Source of the DNA: Felis catus
Lineage: Eukaryota
Reading direction: 5' to 3'
Length of the DNA stretch: 64,000 nt
Assembly: GCF_018350175.1 (NCBI RefSeq)
Contig: NC_058370.1
Location: 135,966,001 to 136,030,000 of the forward strand
Shown: one piece after another, positions 1 to 11,472 of the stretch
Layout: the number at the start of each line of letters is the position of its first letter
Position numbering within the stretch: the stretch's first letter is position 1
Position numbers and translations under genes: made by a program
Notes under the pieces: generated by a model
What the model saw: only the letters and a program-made list of their open reading frames with translations
The model's database searches: none
What the model was told of the DNA's origin: nothing

Positions 1-271
1 TGACACAGAGATGGGGCTGCGGTGAACTTTCCAAAGAGACCAGCAATGCTGCATTACAGACTTTGGTCCCTCAGGGCCACATTGCTAGCCGAGGACTGCA
101 GGACTGGACAAGGTGTGGCCCTGGGGGTGAAACAATGATTGTGTAAGCTCACCTGCATCGGGTGACAGGCTGGGCCTGATGGCTTCTCAGGGTCTTTCCA
201 GCTTTCATATCTAAAATTCCCTGAATGTTGATTTTCGTGACTTTTAGAGCAGGGTTTAAATGTATTTCTTT

Positions 272-301
272 AAATTTTTAAAAACAGCTTATTCAGTTAT
301 T

Positions 302-350
<49 letters not shown>

Positions 351-514
351 CACACGTGGGGGAGGAGCAGAGAGAAAGAGAGACAGAATCCTGAGCAGCC
401 TCCACAGCATCAGAGCAGAGTGTGATGTCGGGCTTGAGACCATGAACCACGAGATCGTGAACTGAGCCGAGGTCAAGAGTCGACACTAAACCAACTCAGC
501 CGCCCGGGTGCTCC
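272..514 (-). mobile_element. CanSINE (SINEC, tRNA-derived carnivore SINE)
   Basis: Reverse-complement head (…CTCAGCCGCCCGGGTGCTCC), (GA)n tract, T-rich tail; TSD TAAATGTATT(T)CTTT at 257-271 and 515-528. Confidence 0.92.
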
Positions 515-540
515 TAAATGTATTCTTTAAATGTATTTTT

Positions 541-753
541 ATTTATTATTTTTTTAATGTTTATGTATTTACCTTGGAGAGAGTGTTCAAGTGGGGGAGG
601 CGCAGAGAGAGAGAGGGAGAGAGAAAACCCCAAGCAGGCTCCTCACTGTCAGCGCGGAGCCTGACGCGGGCCTTGATCCCACAAACCGTGAGATCCCGAC
701 CTGAGCCAGAAACCAAGTCAGTCATCTAACGGACCGAACCACCCAAGCACCCC
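541..753 (-). mobile_element. CanSINE, tandem to previous copy
   Basis: CAAGCAGGCTC…CTGAGCC…ACCCAAGCACCCC body/head and T-rich tail. Confidence 0.9.
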
Positions 754-799
754 TTAAAGCTGTCTTTTTAAAAAAGATATATATAAATTTTTTAGCCAA

Positions 800-1198
800 A
801 TATGTAATCTACTCTTACTATAGGCCACATATAGGCACACGCACACGCACCCACACGTACTCTAAGAGATTTATTTCAAGGAATTGGCTCATGTGATTGT
901 GGGGGTTGGCAAGTCTTAAATTTGTAGACAGGCCTGTCGGCTGGGAATTCAAGCAAGAGTTGAGGCAGAGTTTCTTCTTCTGCGGGAAACCTTAGTTTTT
1001 GCTCTCAGGTCCTTTCGTTGGGTTGGATGAGGCCCACTCACATTAGAGAGGAAACTTTCCTTTGCTTAAAGTCGACCGATTGAAGGTTTTGGCCTGGGCT
1101 GTGAAATACTCGCACAGCAGCCTGTAGATCTGTGCCTCCTGAGTCATAGACTGGGTGCCATAGACGAGCCAAACTGATGCATAAAACTAACGATCACA
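800..1198 (-). mobile_element. MLT2-family (ERVL) solo LTR, partial
   Basis: GAGATTTATTTCAAGGAATTGGCTCATGTGATTGTGGGG…GGATGAGGCCCACTCACATT…GCCAAACTGATGCATAAAACTAACGATCACA matches reverse of the MLT2 5' end; left edge approximate. Confidence 0.8.
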
Positions 1199-1974
1199 CA
1201 GTGTAAAAATGAAACGAAGCAAAACAAGACAAAACAGAAAACAAAAACAAAACAAACCCAATCTCACGTACAAGTTTAGTTCACTTTTAAAATGAACATC
1301 TTCTTCACCACGGTGGTAATAAGGTTTTCTTGGACTTCGGTGATCACAGTTGACCAAATTGCTCTTCTGGAACCTGGAAAGGGCCCTGAGGCAATTTCTT
1401 CTTGGGGACTTTCTAGAAAATAGCTTCTCTTCCATCCGATCCTGTGTTTTCTAGTTACAGTGGACTGTTACTCAGGACCTGAAGTATGGGGTGAAAATCT
1501 GATTCTTATTCTGCCTGAGGTTAGCTCTTATCCCCAAACAGGGAGAGTCCACAGGGAGCCCTCAACAGCCCTGGGCATGATTTGGCATGAGTTTCCCGTT
1601 GTCCTGTTTTACTTGGTGGACAGTCAGGGGCTAGGAGGCAGCGTATCCTAGAAAGAGCAAAGGCCTGTTTTTATTTTTTCCCTATTGTCGTTGTGTTCCT
1701 CCTCTCCCACTCTTTTTTCCAAAGCCGTTCCTTAGGCAGCTCTGAGCCCTGGAGCTCCCATTCCCCACGTGGACACTCGGATGTGCCAATGTTTCCTTCC
1801 CTTGGGGAACAGTCCGGGGTTTAGGGTCTCTAGCTGCGTTTCACTTTCTGAGGATTGGTTTCCCTCCCTAGAAATGATAATAATATAATAATAATTAAAT
1901 AATGATACTAATTACCAGCTGGTAGGATTATTAGTTGTTATAAGGATAAAAAAAAAATCTATATGAAGTGTTGG

Positions 1975-2122
1975 GAGGAAAGGAAAGAAGGAAGGAAGAA
2001 AGAAAAGAAGGAAGGAAAGAAAGAAGGAAGAAAAAAAGAAGGCAGGAAGAATGGAGGGGGATGGGAAGGGAGGGAAGGAGGGAAGGAGAGAGAGGGAGAA
2101 GGAAAGGAAGAAGGAAGGAAAG
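1975..2122. repeat. Polypurine (GGAA/GAAA)n low-complexity tract
   Basis: About 150 bp of almost pure G/A. Confidence 0.95.
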
Positions 2123-2229
2123 AGTACAGCCATGAGGAAGCATGTCCCTGTGGTTGTCCCCTGCTAAGCGCCTTGGACAGGGCTGAAGGAAACACCTAAA
2201 GCTGAGCTAAGGTTCTTTGGGGCCTCCCT

Positions 2230-2545
2230 GCACCACACAGCCTGGCCGTCTGTAGATGGCAAGACTGAAGACTTCCAGAGAACTCTTCCTTCAGAAATCA
2301 GGCTGTCCGTGGGCCATGTGTTGCCTGCTTTAGCTGGAGACTGTGCAGAACCTTCTGGACACCTTAGCAGTCGAGGTGGCTCCCACAGCCCTCCCCACCT
2401 TCTCTCAGGGTGGGGCTCCCATGGCTGTCCCAGACTCCCAGCCCTCTCCGGCTCCTGCCTTCTTGCTTTCTGTTCTCCACAGGCGTTTCCCCTAATAAAA
2501 TCCTTGCGTATTTATTCCCATCTTGGCATCTGCTTCTCAGGGAAT
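2230..2545 (+). mobile_element. ERVL LTR, LTR16-like
   Basis: 3' motif CCCCTAATAAAATCCTTGCGTATTTATTCCCATCTTGGCATCTGCTTCTCAGGGAA typical of LTR16-type ends; 5' edge uncertain. Confidence 0.6.
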
Positions 2546-2548
2546 GAG

Positions 2549-2656
2549 GTGGGTGGCCAACTGTCTCAGCATGTCCTGGGAGGTCCAGGTTTCATACTGA
2601 AAACCCCACTTCTCAAGAAACCCTGTCCCTTGCAAATCAGGATGGTTGGTCACCCC
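2549..2656. mobile_element. MER81-like hAT-Blackjack MITE
   Basis: Terminal inverted repeats GGGTGGCCAAC…GTTGGTCACCC about 105 bp apart; internal GGTTTCATACTGAAA…GAAACCC. Confidence 0.75.
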
Positions 2657-2810
2657 GAGTCCAGGTCTTACCCAAGTGGAGGGCACTCCCAGCCCCCTTG
2701 GGTGGGTGATTCTGGAGAAGGAGGGGCAAGCAACATTGGAGGGCACCCCTGCAGGAGTAGAAAAGATCTGGGAAATAGAAATGGGTTGAAAGGGAATTCT
2801 GGGCTTTTAT

Positions 2811-2872
2811 AAAAAATGTTTTTATGTATTTATTTTGAGAAAGAAAGCAAGGGCACATGCGACTGGGGAAGG

Positions 2873-2906
<34 letters not shown>

Positions 2907-3029
2907 CCCAAACAAGCTCCACACTCAGTGCACAGCCTAATGTGGGGCTCAATCTCATGACTGTGAGATCATGACCTGAGCCAAGATCAAGAGTCAGACT
3001 CTTAACCAACTGAGCCACCCAGGTGCCCT
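2811..3029 (-). mobile_element. CanSINE
   Basis: …CTGAGCCACCCAGGTGCCC head, (GA)n, T-rich tail. Confidence 0.92.
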
Positions 3030-3136
3030 TAGACTTTTTTTTCAAATGATTTTTTAATGTAAACTTCTATTTTACCACCTATAGAGAATCTTGTGCAAAG
3101 TTTTTACTTCCTGCTAAATTTGGTGTGATGATTCTT

Positions 3137-3362
3137 CTTTTTTTAAAAAACATCTTTTTTAACGTTTATTTATTTTTCGGACAGAGAGAGACAGAGCAAG
3201 AACAGGGGAGGGGCAGAGAGAGAGGGAGACACAGAATCCGAAGCAGGCTCCAGGCTCCGAGCCATCAGCCCAGAAGCCGACGCAGGGCTCAAACTCACGG
3301 ACCGCGAGATCGTGACCTGAGCTGAAGTCGGACGCTTAACCGACTGAGCCACCCAGGTGCCC
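3137..3362 (-). mobile_element. Felid CanSINE (SINEC_Fc type)
   Basis: Full length; TSD TGGTG(T/C)GATGATTCTT at 3121 and 3363. Confidence 0.95.
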
Positions 3363-3604
3363 TGGTGCGATGATTCTTTTTTACCAAATTCGAAGAAGGT
3401 AAAATTCTTTTTACCTGTCCTGTAGACAGGTTGATGCAGTGTGGAAACAGACAGCTGTCCCAATCTCTAACACGAGCACCGGAGGATGGGAGGGGGGTTG
3501 CCCGACCCCAGTCATAGGGGAGGTTCTCAGCTGCTGTGCAACACTGCCCAGATGGGGCAGGTGGTCCGCACATCTTCTGTTGTAGAAACCCTCCTTCCTG
3601 CTTA

Positions 3605-3900
3605 TGAACATTTACAAAGCACCTACTATGTGCCAGGCATGTGATAGAAACCAGGGATCTAGGGATAAAAAAAAAAACACAGCCCTGCCTTCGGGTGAGT
3701 AACAGTTCCGGAGAGAGTGTCAGACATACATTTAAACGCTGAGCTGCTTAGTGTTGTGTCTGCCCTAATGAAGGTGGGGGGGGGGGGTTATACAAATCAG
3801 CCTGGAGGGATCTGTGAGGTCATGGAAGTGTGAGCCGAGGCTTGAGAGAAGAATAGGAATTTGTCGTTTATCGGGCTTGCACGTAGAGATTTCCCGGAGG
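3605..3900 (-). mobile_element. L2 3' fragment
   Basis: CATTTACAAAGCACCTACTATGTGCCAGGC…CAGCCCTGCCTTC L2 tail motif. Confidence 0.65.
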
Positions 3901-4899
3901 TGGCAAGATCTCTGAGCATGTCTGGAAGATTGAACACACCGCCAACAGCTACATATATTTGGAGGACAAAGACAGAAGGGGAGAAAGAACAACTGGGCAG
4001 ATACCTGGGGTTTGTTCTCTGACAGCCTTGGATGACCCAGACAAGACCTGAGGATCCTGTAGGTGACCTAGTATGAGTGAGGACTCGTGAAAAGGAGATT
4101 TGCAATACGATTAAGATTTACATTAAATAATCTGTGCACAGGATGGCCGGGAGATACGCAAGTCTCAAAACGGGGCTGTAGAAAGGCAGTGGTCCAAACA
4201 GTGCAGGTGGATAAGAAAGGTGGATTTGTAGAAGACACACGAAGGGGAAAAGGAAGTGCCTCTTCTGTTTTGGTGGGGGGACCCAGGAAGACTGTAAACT
4301 TTGCTCTTTTTCTGCTAAACATTATATGTAGTAAGCACACAGTAGCATGTTTCCATTGATACAGTCATTGCTGATTTTTTTTTAAAACCAAAGTTTGCCT
4401 TTTCTTCCAATTGGATAAAGACTAGTTGCCAACTAAATTTTATGTTACTTAAAGGAAAGTTAAAAATAAAGCCTTAATTGTTTGTTTGTTTAAGGAGGAT
4501 CCAACTCTACCCGTCAGCCAGGAATCTACAGTATCCGGGAAATACGTATTAATGTTCTTTTCTGATTTCAGTGAGATTGCAAAAGTCCTACTGGTGATAT
4601 GCACCATGGAGCTGACTGTTGTGCCTTTGGCCACACAGCTGACGGGAAACGCAGGCTGTGCTGATGTCCCATCTCTGTGTTGTGATCCCACCACACGAGC
4701 GAAGTGACAACACTTTTGCTCGCTGCTTCAGCAGAGCAAGAGGGATATTTCCAGTCAAAACTCATAGCTTTTTCTTCGTGTTCCTTGGGGTAGTGCCATA
4801 TTCCCATCTGTGTATTTCAGCCCCCCGTAAGAATGCTAACACCTTACAATGTGGGCTTACCTCTACTTATTGGGTTTCCCTAGACCTTCCAAAGTAGAC

Positions 4900-5010
4900 A
4901 AGCTATTATTTCCCCTATTTTAGAGCTTCAAAAACAAGAAAAAAGTTTGATAAAGGTCACAGAGAGGTTAAGCAGAAGGGCGAAAATTCAGTCAAACCCA
5001 AACCTAAGGT
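4900..5010 (-). mobile_element. MIR fragment
   Basis: TTATTTCCCCTATTTTAGAG…AAGGTCACAGAG core-like. Confidence 0.4.
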
Positions 5011-5189
5011 TTTTTCTCCTCTTGTAAACTTCCCAGGACTAGTATTCTTATTTCTCTAGTGAATTCCGGAATGTGGAAGCTGAGAGATTCATGTTTGTGT
5101 GTTCCATCAACAGATGTCTGAGTGTCTTTTAGCTGTCAAGAAATGAGACATTTACAAAGTGAAGGGAGAGAAGTCACTTTATTTTCCCC

Positions 5190-5528
5190 CCAGAGCAGAA
5201 GAAAGCTGATCTTTCCAGGCCCCCTGTAGGTCCGTGGGACATTGGGATTAGTTTGGGGCAGTGGAACATGAGCCACTTCTGGCCACTTATTTTCTCCTCT
5301 ACTCTCTCATTTCCCTTTTTTCGGCCCAGATTATGGAGAGAATAAAGAGATTGTATTTGCCATTGGAGCCACTAAATGGAAGGTCTTGTGCCTGAATCAC
5401 ATGGAAGGTGCTCGACAAACCTTTCGTTGCATGGCTGTGAGTAAGCATAAGGTTTTATGTAACAACCCAATAACTGTTTTGGACTTACTTGTTACAGCAT
5501 CTGAGCCTTACATGCCCTGACTAATACA
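5190..5528 (+). mobile_element. MaLR solo LTR, MLT1 (J/I-like)
   Basis: GGAGCCACTAAATGGAAGG…CCTGAATCAC… and terminus TTGTTACAGCATCTGAGCCT…CCTGACTAATACA. Confidence 0.7.
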
Positions 5529-5639
5529 GATTATATTTTCCTGCCGCCATCTAGTTCTTGCTACTGAAAGCTGTCATTCCAAATACCGAAGTGGCTCAAC
5601 ACCAGCCTTTTCCTCTGCCCTCCCGGCCTTCTTCCATTT

Positions 5640-5877
5640 GTTACTGATTGCATCCAGGAATATTTTTCCAGCAAAAATGTGACAACTTCACGTTATTGCT
5701 TAAAATCTTTTCATGGCTTTCCAAAGTTCCTAGGATAAACCTTCCCTGAAGGATCTGGTTCCTACCAGTGACACCACTCCTCATTGTCTACTTTCTCTCT
5801 GTATTTGTTTCACAAGATATCCTGTAGCTTTGTCCTGTATTTCTGCTATCACACTGTGACAGAAGTCTGTCCTCCAT
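5640..5877 (+). mobile_element. L2 fragment (left part, split by MER63)
   Basis: TTGCTTAAAATCTTTTCATGGCTTTCC…AGGATAAA…GATCTGG. Confidence 0.6.
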
Positions 5878-6789
5878 CCAGTCATGTTCTGGGAAAGGTT
5901 TCATGACCAGCTCTCTAGAAAGAAGAATGTGTGTGTGTGTGTGTTGTGTGTGCATGTGTGCGTATAAATTTATTCTAAAAGGTACAACTTGCAAATAATA
6001 AAACATGCAATGGTATTTATTGTAAACTCCATTTTGCCAATTGATTCTCCCAGAAGGTGTTCACAGATGTTTGCTAAACTCTTGAACTCATCACCAACCA
6101 AATCGTAATTGACTAAATCAATCCATGAATAAATGTTTGATTCCTATCTGACGCAGCAACGAAGGTGCTCACAATGGTGACAAATGAATGTTGTTACAGT
6201 ACAAATGTACAACCGGGAAGGTCTATTGGAAATCTGAAATCCACACGTGTCAAGGATTTGAGTGGCTTCTCTGATGAACTAGGTCAGAGTTTTCAATTAT
6301 TGGAAGAATATTACCTCCATTTTTTGTGCCACTCACAATGTAACAGCTACAGACATGCGTACTTTCTTAAACCTAGGGAATCAGTGTAATCTTAAATCCA
6401 GACAATGAATCAAGCCCTGATTCGTAGTTTTCCTATTCTATGGCATAAATACTCCTGCCACGACCAATGTCAACCTGCACGGTGACCCCACTGAATGCTC
6501 AATGGGGAAGAAATACAAAGCGGTCCATCATGTTATACTTTCACCATACAAAGGCAACATAAGTAATCATTGTTACAAAGTAACAGTAAGTAATTATTTT
6601 CACAAATAAGTATTATTGTTACAAAGAAAACTAGATAATAAAAACATACAGAAAATAATTTGCGCCGTGAATTTTGAGTATTTATTGCGTTTTAATTATT
6701 ATTATTATTAATCATTTTATTATTATTTATTTATATTTTATTAAATATAAATATATTTGTCATTATTCTTTGAATTTTAATTATTATTT

Positions 6790-7076
6790 TCAAGCCCAAC
6801 ATGAGGCTTGAACTCACGACCCCAAGATCAAGACCTGAGCTGATGTAAAGAATTGGACACTAATGGGGCATCTGGGTGGCTCAGCTCATGATATGTGGTT
6901 CGTGGGTTCAAACCCCGTGTTGGGCTCTGTACTGACCGCCTGAAGCCTGGAGCCTGCTTCATATTCTGCTGCCCCTTTTCCACTCATGCTCTGTATCTCT
7001 CTCTCTCCAAAAATAAACATTTAAAGATATTTAATAAGAGCTGGAAGTTTAACCTACTGAGCCACCCAGACACCCC
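6790..7076 (-). mobile_element. CanSINE (outer copy, split by a + strand SINE)
   Basis: GGCTTGAACTCACGACCCCAAGATCAAGACCTGAGC… resumes at …TTAACCTACTGAGCCACCCAGACACCCC. Confidence 0.8.
6865..7035 (+). mobile_element. CanSINE nested in a CanSINE, internally deleted
   Basis: GGGGCATCTGGGTGGCTCAG head, AATAAA tail; degenerate TSD AAGAATTGGACACTAA / AAGAGCTGGAAGTTTAA. Confidence 0.85.
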
Positions 7077-7090
7077 TTTATTATGTTTTT

Positions 7091-7306
7091 ATTTCATTTT
7101 TCTTAAGTTTATTTATTTATTTATTTTTGGGTGGGGAGAAGGGGCAGAGAGAGAGAGAGAGGGAGGGAGAGAGAGAGAATCGCAAGCAGGCTCCACACTG
7201 TCAGTGCAGAGCCCGACGTGGGGCTCAATCTCAGGAACCGTGAGACCGTGACCTGAGCTGAAACCAAGAGTCGGATGCTTAACCGACTGAGCCACCCTGG
7301 CGCCCT
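7091..7306 (-). mobile_element. CanSINE
   Basis: Full length; TSD TTTATT(A/C)TGTTTTT at 7077 and 7307. Confidence 0.93.
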
Positions 7307-7360
7307 TTTATTCTGTTTTTAAAATAATAGAATTTATTTAATTATGAATTTATAGAATTC

Positions 7361-7391
<31 letters not shown>

Positions 7392-7489
7392 TGGCTATGT
7401 TTGACAACTGGCTTGCAAAATTCCCGGGAGCTTCATAATTAGCTCTCAGGCCAGTCTCATCTGATGTCAGCCCATCATTGGCCCTATTT

Positions 7490-7640
7490 GTATGTCTAAC
7501 TCCATATATGTAGACTTCCTTCCTTACCCCTTTTTACTTAGATATCGATCCTTCATATTTTACCTCATCGTTTACTCAATCAGGGAAGTCTTTCTTGATT
7601 ATCTGGACTCTGTGTGCCCCACCTTGTTCTCTTTGATTAT
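7490..7640 (+). mobile_element. L2 fragment (right part)
   Basis: ATCCTTCA…TCAGGGAAGTCTTTCTTGA resembles L2 CCTCAGGGAAGCCTTCCCTGA. Confidence 0.5.
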
Positions 7641-8010
7641 GATTGTGTTTTTGCAGATGACAAAACAAATTGTATCTTGATAGACCTTCACCTTTATAAA
7701 GAACGTTTACGTGGGTTTTGACATTGAGTTTGCAGTTCTGCACGTGAGATGGAGGTTATATGCTACCTTCTCTTTTCAGAAGAGAAACCGAGCCTCCGAA
7801 AGCACTTTCCTAAGTGACCTGTGTGGATGGAAGTCACGAGATGGTACCTGCGTTCAGGGTCTTACTATTTCAAACGCACTGCTTTTCCATGTTAACGCGG
7901 CGGCCTTAAAGCTGCAGTAGCGTGGAGAAATCATTCCGTGGGACTAAGCTCACAGGAATGAAGATTGTTTGGGGAATGCCCTGTGATATACAAATAATAG
8001 CAACTGTTAT

Positions 8011-8124
8011 TAAGTCAACACTTCGTTTCAAGAGGTTTCAAGACTCTTACGTAAGTTTCAAGACACTTCGTTTCAAGACTCGGAAGAATTACGTAAGTTT
8101 CAAGAATCTTACGTAAGTCACCAC
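8011..8124. repeat. Complex local mosaic repeat: 5x GTTTCAAGA and 3x TTACGTAA
   Basis: Read directly; see findings. Confidence 0.9.
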
Positions 8125-8721
8125 AAACTTGCTATTTTCTTAATTTTTAAAATCACCAGAAGTGCCTACGACCAGGGAAGAGGTGGCCTGAGTGGCTGTG
8201 GGTGGGATCAGGGCCTGGCAAGTCTTGAAGGTTCTCAGCTCCAGGGATCCTCCTGCTGCCTCTGGCTTTCTCCCAAGCCCTCTGGCTCTCATTCCCGTGG
8301 CATCGGTCTTTACTTGGGAGCGTCATTTGCCTGTGCTATGACTTTTTGAATCCGCTCTGTATTCCGGTTCAAATTCCAGAAAGCCTTCATCTGAGGGTCT
8401 TAGCAGGACCCATGGGGCAAAGCCCTTCCTGTTGGGCCACATCTTGGCGCACCTGTCGGACTGCAGTGGCCTTCAATGTGGTCCCGCCAGCAACGTGTCT
8501 TAGACACAGCTGATGGGACCGCTTTCACGAGGCGGCTGTGAGCAGGGCAGAAGCAGCATCTAGGGTTTGGAGAGAAACGATGACTGTGACCATCGTGGGC
8601 TCTAATCTGTATCTTCTGACTCCAGAGCCGTGAGACGATGTTACAACTCAGGGGGTTTTTTGTTTGTTTTTGTTTTTGTTTTTTTTTGGTCTGGAAAGAC
8701 ATGAGTTTAATTTCCTGAGTA

Positions 8722-8727
<6 letters not shown>

Positions 8728-8768
<41 letters not shown>

Positions 8769-8841
8769 CTATGCCCAAGGTTGGATTGAACTCACAACCC
8801 TGCAATCAAGAGTCACATGCTCCGAGCCAGCCAGGTGCCCC
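8728..8841 (-). mobile_element. Older short CanSINE with (CT)n
   Basis: GAACTCACAACCCTGCAATCAAGAGTC…GCCAGCCAGGTGCCCC; TSD TTTCCT(G/A)AGTA(A/G)TTTCT at 8711 and 8845. Confidence 0.85.
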
Positions 8842-8864
8842 TCGTTTCCTAAGTAGTTTCTATT

Positions 8865-9090
8865 TTGTAACTAGCCATCGAAACCTTGTGCCAATCACTT
8901 AACTTCTTTGCATTTTGATATTCCTCATGGAAAAAAAACCCCAAAAAACAAAACAGAAACCAAAACTACAAAACCAAGGGATTCCCAAGTACCTGCTTTA
9001 CAAGGTTGTTAGGATAATGAAATGTGATGACATATGTCAATATCTTGGCTTGGTACCTGACACACGGTAGGTAGTCAGAAATATCATTTT
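8865..9090 (+). mobile_element. MIR
   Basis: ACCTTGTGCCAATCACTTAACTTCT…GGTTGTTAGGATAATGAAATG…TACCTGACACACGGTAGG. Confidence 0.7.
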
Positions 9091-9299
9091 CTTCCTCTAG
9101 ATAAAAATCGCATCCGGAGACCTCATTTACACAGCCAAAGCGGATTCCATGTCAGACGGTAAAAATGAATAAATGATATTCTTCAGTAATGCGACTGCAA
9201 ACACATCATTTCACCAGAGTAGGCACTTTGCACTTGGGTTTCTCCTCGCGATGCTTTAAGGTGATATCTGGAGGTAACCACAGGGCACCAGGAAGGGGG

Positions 9300-9540
9300 C
9301 AGAGGGTGCTGGTCAGGAACATGGAGTTTGGAGCCAGACTCCTCGGGCTGAGTTTCAGCTCAGTCATTTCCTCACTGTGGGAGCTTGCACAAGTCAGTCG
9401 GCCTCTCTGTGCCTCAGTTTCTCACCTCTAAATGGGAATACCAAAGTGCCTGCTTCCCAGGGTTATTGGGATGTATAATTGTTGACACAAAACAACTAGA
9501 AAGGTGCCTGCAACCCTGTAGCCATATAAACATCTGTCTG
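9300..9540 (+). mobile_element. MIR
   Basis: TTTGGAGCCAGAC…CAAGTC…CCTCTCTGTGCCTCAGTTTCTCACCTCTAAATGGG core. Confidence 0.8.
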
Positions 9541-9977
9541 CCCTACAGCTTGTGGCATACTATTCGTATCGTCACTGAGTATTTGGAGCATCTCTAAGGG
9601 TATGGAACAAAAGGAAGCCTCTTCAAGAGTCTTCAGAAAGCCCTTGACGATGAAATTAATCTGGACCATTGGAAGGCTTCGTTAGGTCCTTGGGGAATTT
9701 AAGGGCAGGAAAAATCCACCTGACAAGTAATATTTTGTCGGTTTAAGTTGTAAACAACTGCTCTGACTATTGTTGAGTTTTAATAATGTATCTGTAAACT
9801 TCAAGTGAGCACATGTCCATGACTTAACTCTTGATAAACATCGTATTGTGGAGGAGAACACCTCCACTGTATAGCCACCTGGATTCGGCAACACAGGTTT
9901 GTGCGGACAGTAAATTCATAGTGACTCGGAACTGTGGGCACTCTCTTTAGGAACAGCTCTTACACCCCGTGGTTCTT

Positions 9978-9993
9978 TTTTTTTATGTTTTGT

Positions 9994-10035
<42 letters not shown>

Positions 10036-10230
10036 AGAGAGTGTGTAAGCAGGCTAGGGGAGCAGCAGAGACAGACAGGGAGACACAGAATCCGAAGCAG
10101 GCTCCAGGCTCTGAGCTGTCATCACAGAGCCCGACGTGGGGCTCGAACCCACGAACTGTGACCTGAGCCGCAGTCAGACCTGAGTCTGAGAAGTCAGACG
10201 CTCAACCAACTGAGCCACCCAGGGGCCTCC
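9978..10230 (-). mobile_element. CanSINE
   Basis: TSD ACCC(C/T)GTGGTTCT; small internal GACCTGAG…AGTCAGAC duplication. Confidence 0.92.
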
Positions 10231-11435
10231 GACCCTGTGGTTCTATATACATTCCCATAGTGAAGGAAACATCCCAAGTAGACGATGTAAATTTGTGTCA
10301 AAAGTTTAAAACAATGAAACACTACCAACCGAATGGCATGATGGTTTTGTTTGTAAATTCACGTTGTTTTGGTCGTATATGAAATATTTAATTAAATTTG
10401 AATGATATAGTTAAAAGTGGAATTTTTTACTTAATTTTTAACTGTTTTAAAACTAGTGAACAAATCAAGAAGATAATTCTTACAACTGATTATTCCTGGA
10501 GAAATAACTTCATTGCAGAGAGGGCAAAGGTGGGGTGGACACCTCCGGGGTAAAATCGGGTACATGCGCCATGCTAGCCCCTGTCCTTCTCCAGGTTTCA
10601 TGTTTCTTCAAAGCAAGGGCCACGATGGGATTATCTGTGCATCCCTGGGACTCGGCACAGTTTCGGGCTGAAAGTGTGATCTATAGGTTGGATGAAAGCA
10701 TAACTGAGCTGCATGATTTATTCATTTGGTTCACGAGGCAGGCACTTTCTGTTTACTAGGAACTACTCTTCGTTATGCACATACATCTGACCGGGACAGA
10801 CAAGGAAGGAAGGGATGGAAGGAAAGAAGGGTGAGAACGGAAAAGGGAAGGAACCCGGTAAGGAATGGCTTCTGTTCCCACATCGACAGCTGTGAGATAG
10901 TATCTGCAGCTTTCATGTTATTGTCTGGGTCCCAGAAACACCAGGCTCGTTCCTGGACCTTTGAGAAAATTTGAGGACTCTGGTTTGGACCAACCTAGAC
11001 CGGACAAATCATATCTGGAATGAAGCCAGCTTCAGAAATGTTGCAAGTTTATTACCAAATTTTACTTTCTTCCGCCCCCCCCCCCTCACCCCCAGGAAAG
11101 ATGCAAGCCCTAACCTTAAAAAGCTAGCAATTTAATGTGCAAATAACCCAAGCATTTCTTAACAAAATCTGCTCTTATGCAAATTAACTTATCTATGCAT
11201 TGTGCGTGCACATAAACGTAGAACACATATTTTACTAATATTAAATAAACTGTTTACTTTTAAATAGAACTAAACCAATCTCCCCTTTTAGATTCTCTTT
11301 TAATTTTCGAGTGCATATACTTGTATAATTTACCAGAGAGACAGGTTCCTAGGCCCCTTGTAGAAAACCCACACAGTGCCTCTGTGCCCTGAGCCTGCTT
11401 TTAATTATAAATATAGCTGGTTACACCATTAAAAG

Positions 11436-11436
<1 letters not shown>

Positions 11437-11470
<34 letters not shown>
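11437..11470. repeat. (CA)n microsatellite
   Basis: Direct. Confidence 0.95.

Positions 11471-11472
<2 letters not shown>

Larger units (their letters stand above)
5878..7481 (-). mobile_element. MER63-family (hAT-Blackjack) DNA transposon, both ends present, interrupted by three SINEs
   Basis: Ends CCAGTCATGTTCTGG… and …ATGGCTATGTTTGACAACTGGCTTGCAAAATTCC…CATCATTGG; internal AATCAAGCCCTGATTCGTAG…TAAATACTCC motif. Confidence 0.75.

Noticed and set aside
4553-4700. Splice-acceptor-like TTCTTTTCTGATTTCAG (also near 48080 and 23498)
   Set aside because: No convincing paired donor or recognisable reading frame; such motifs are frequent by chance.
8018-8105. CRISPR-like array (GTTTCAAGA repeats)
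   Set aside because: The repeat is only 9 bp, the spacers are 1-18 bp and themselves repeated, there are no cas genes, and the context is mammalian.
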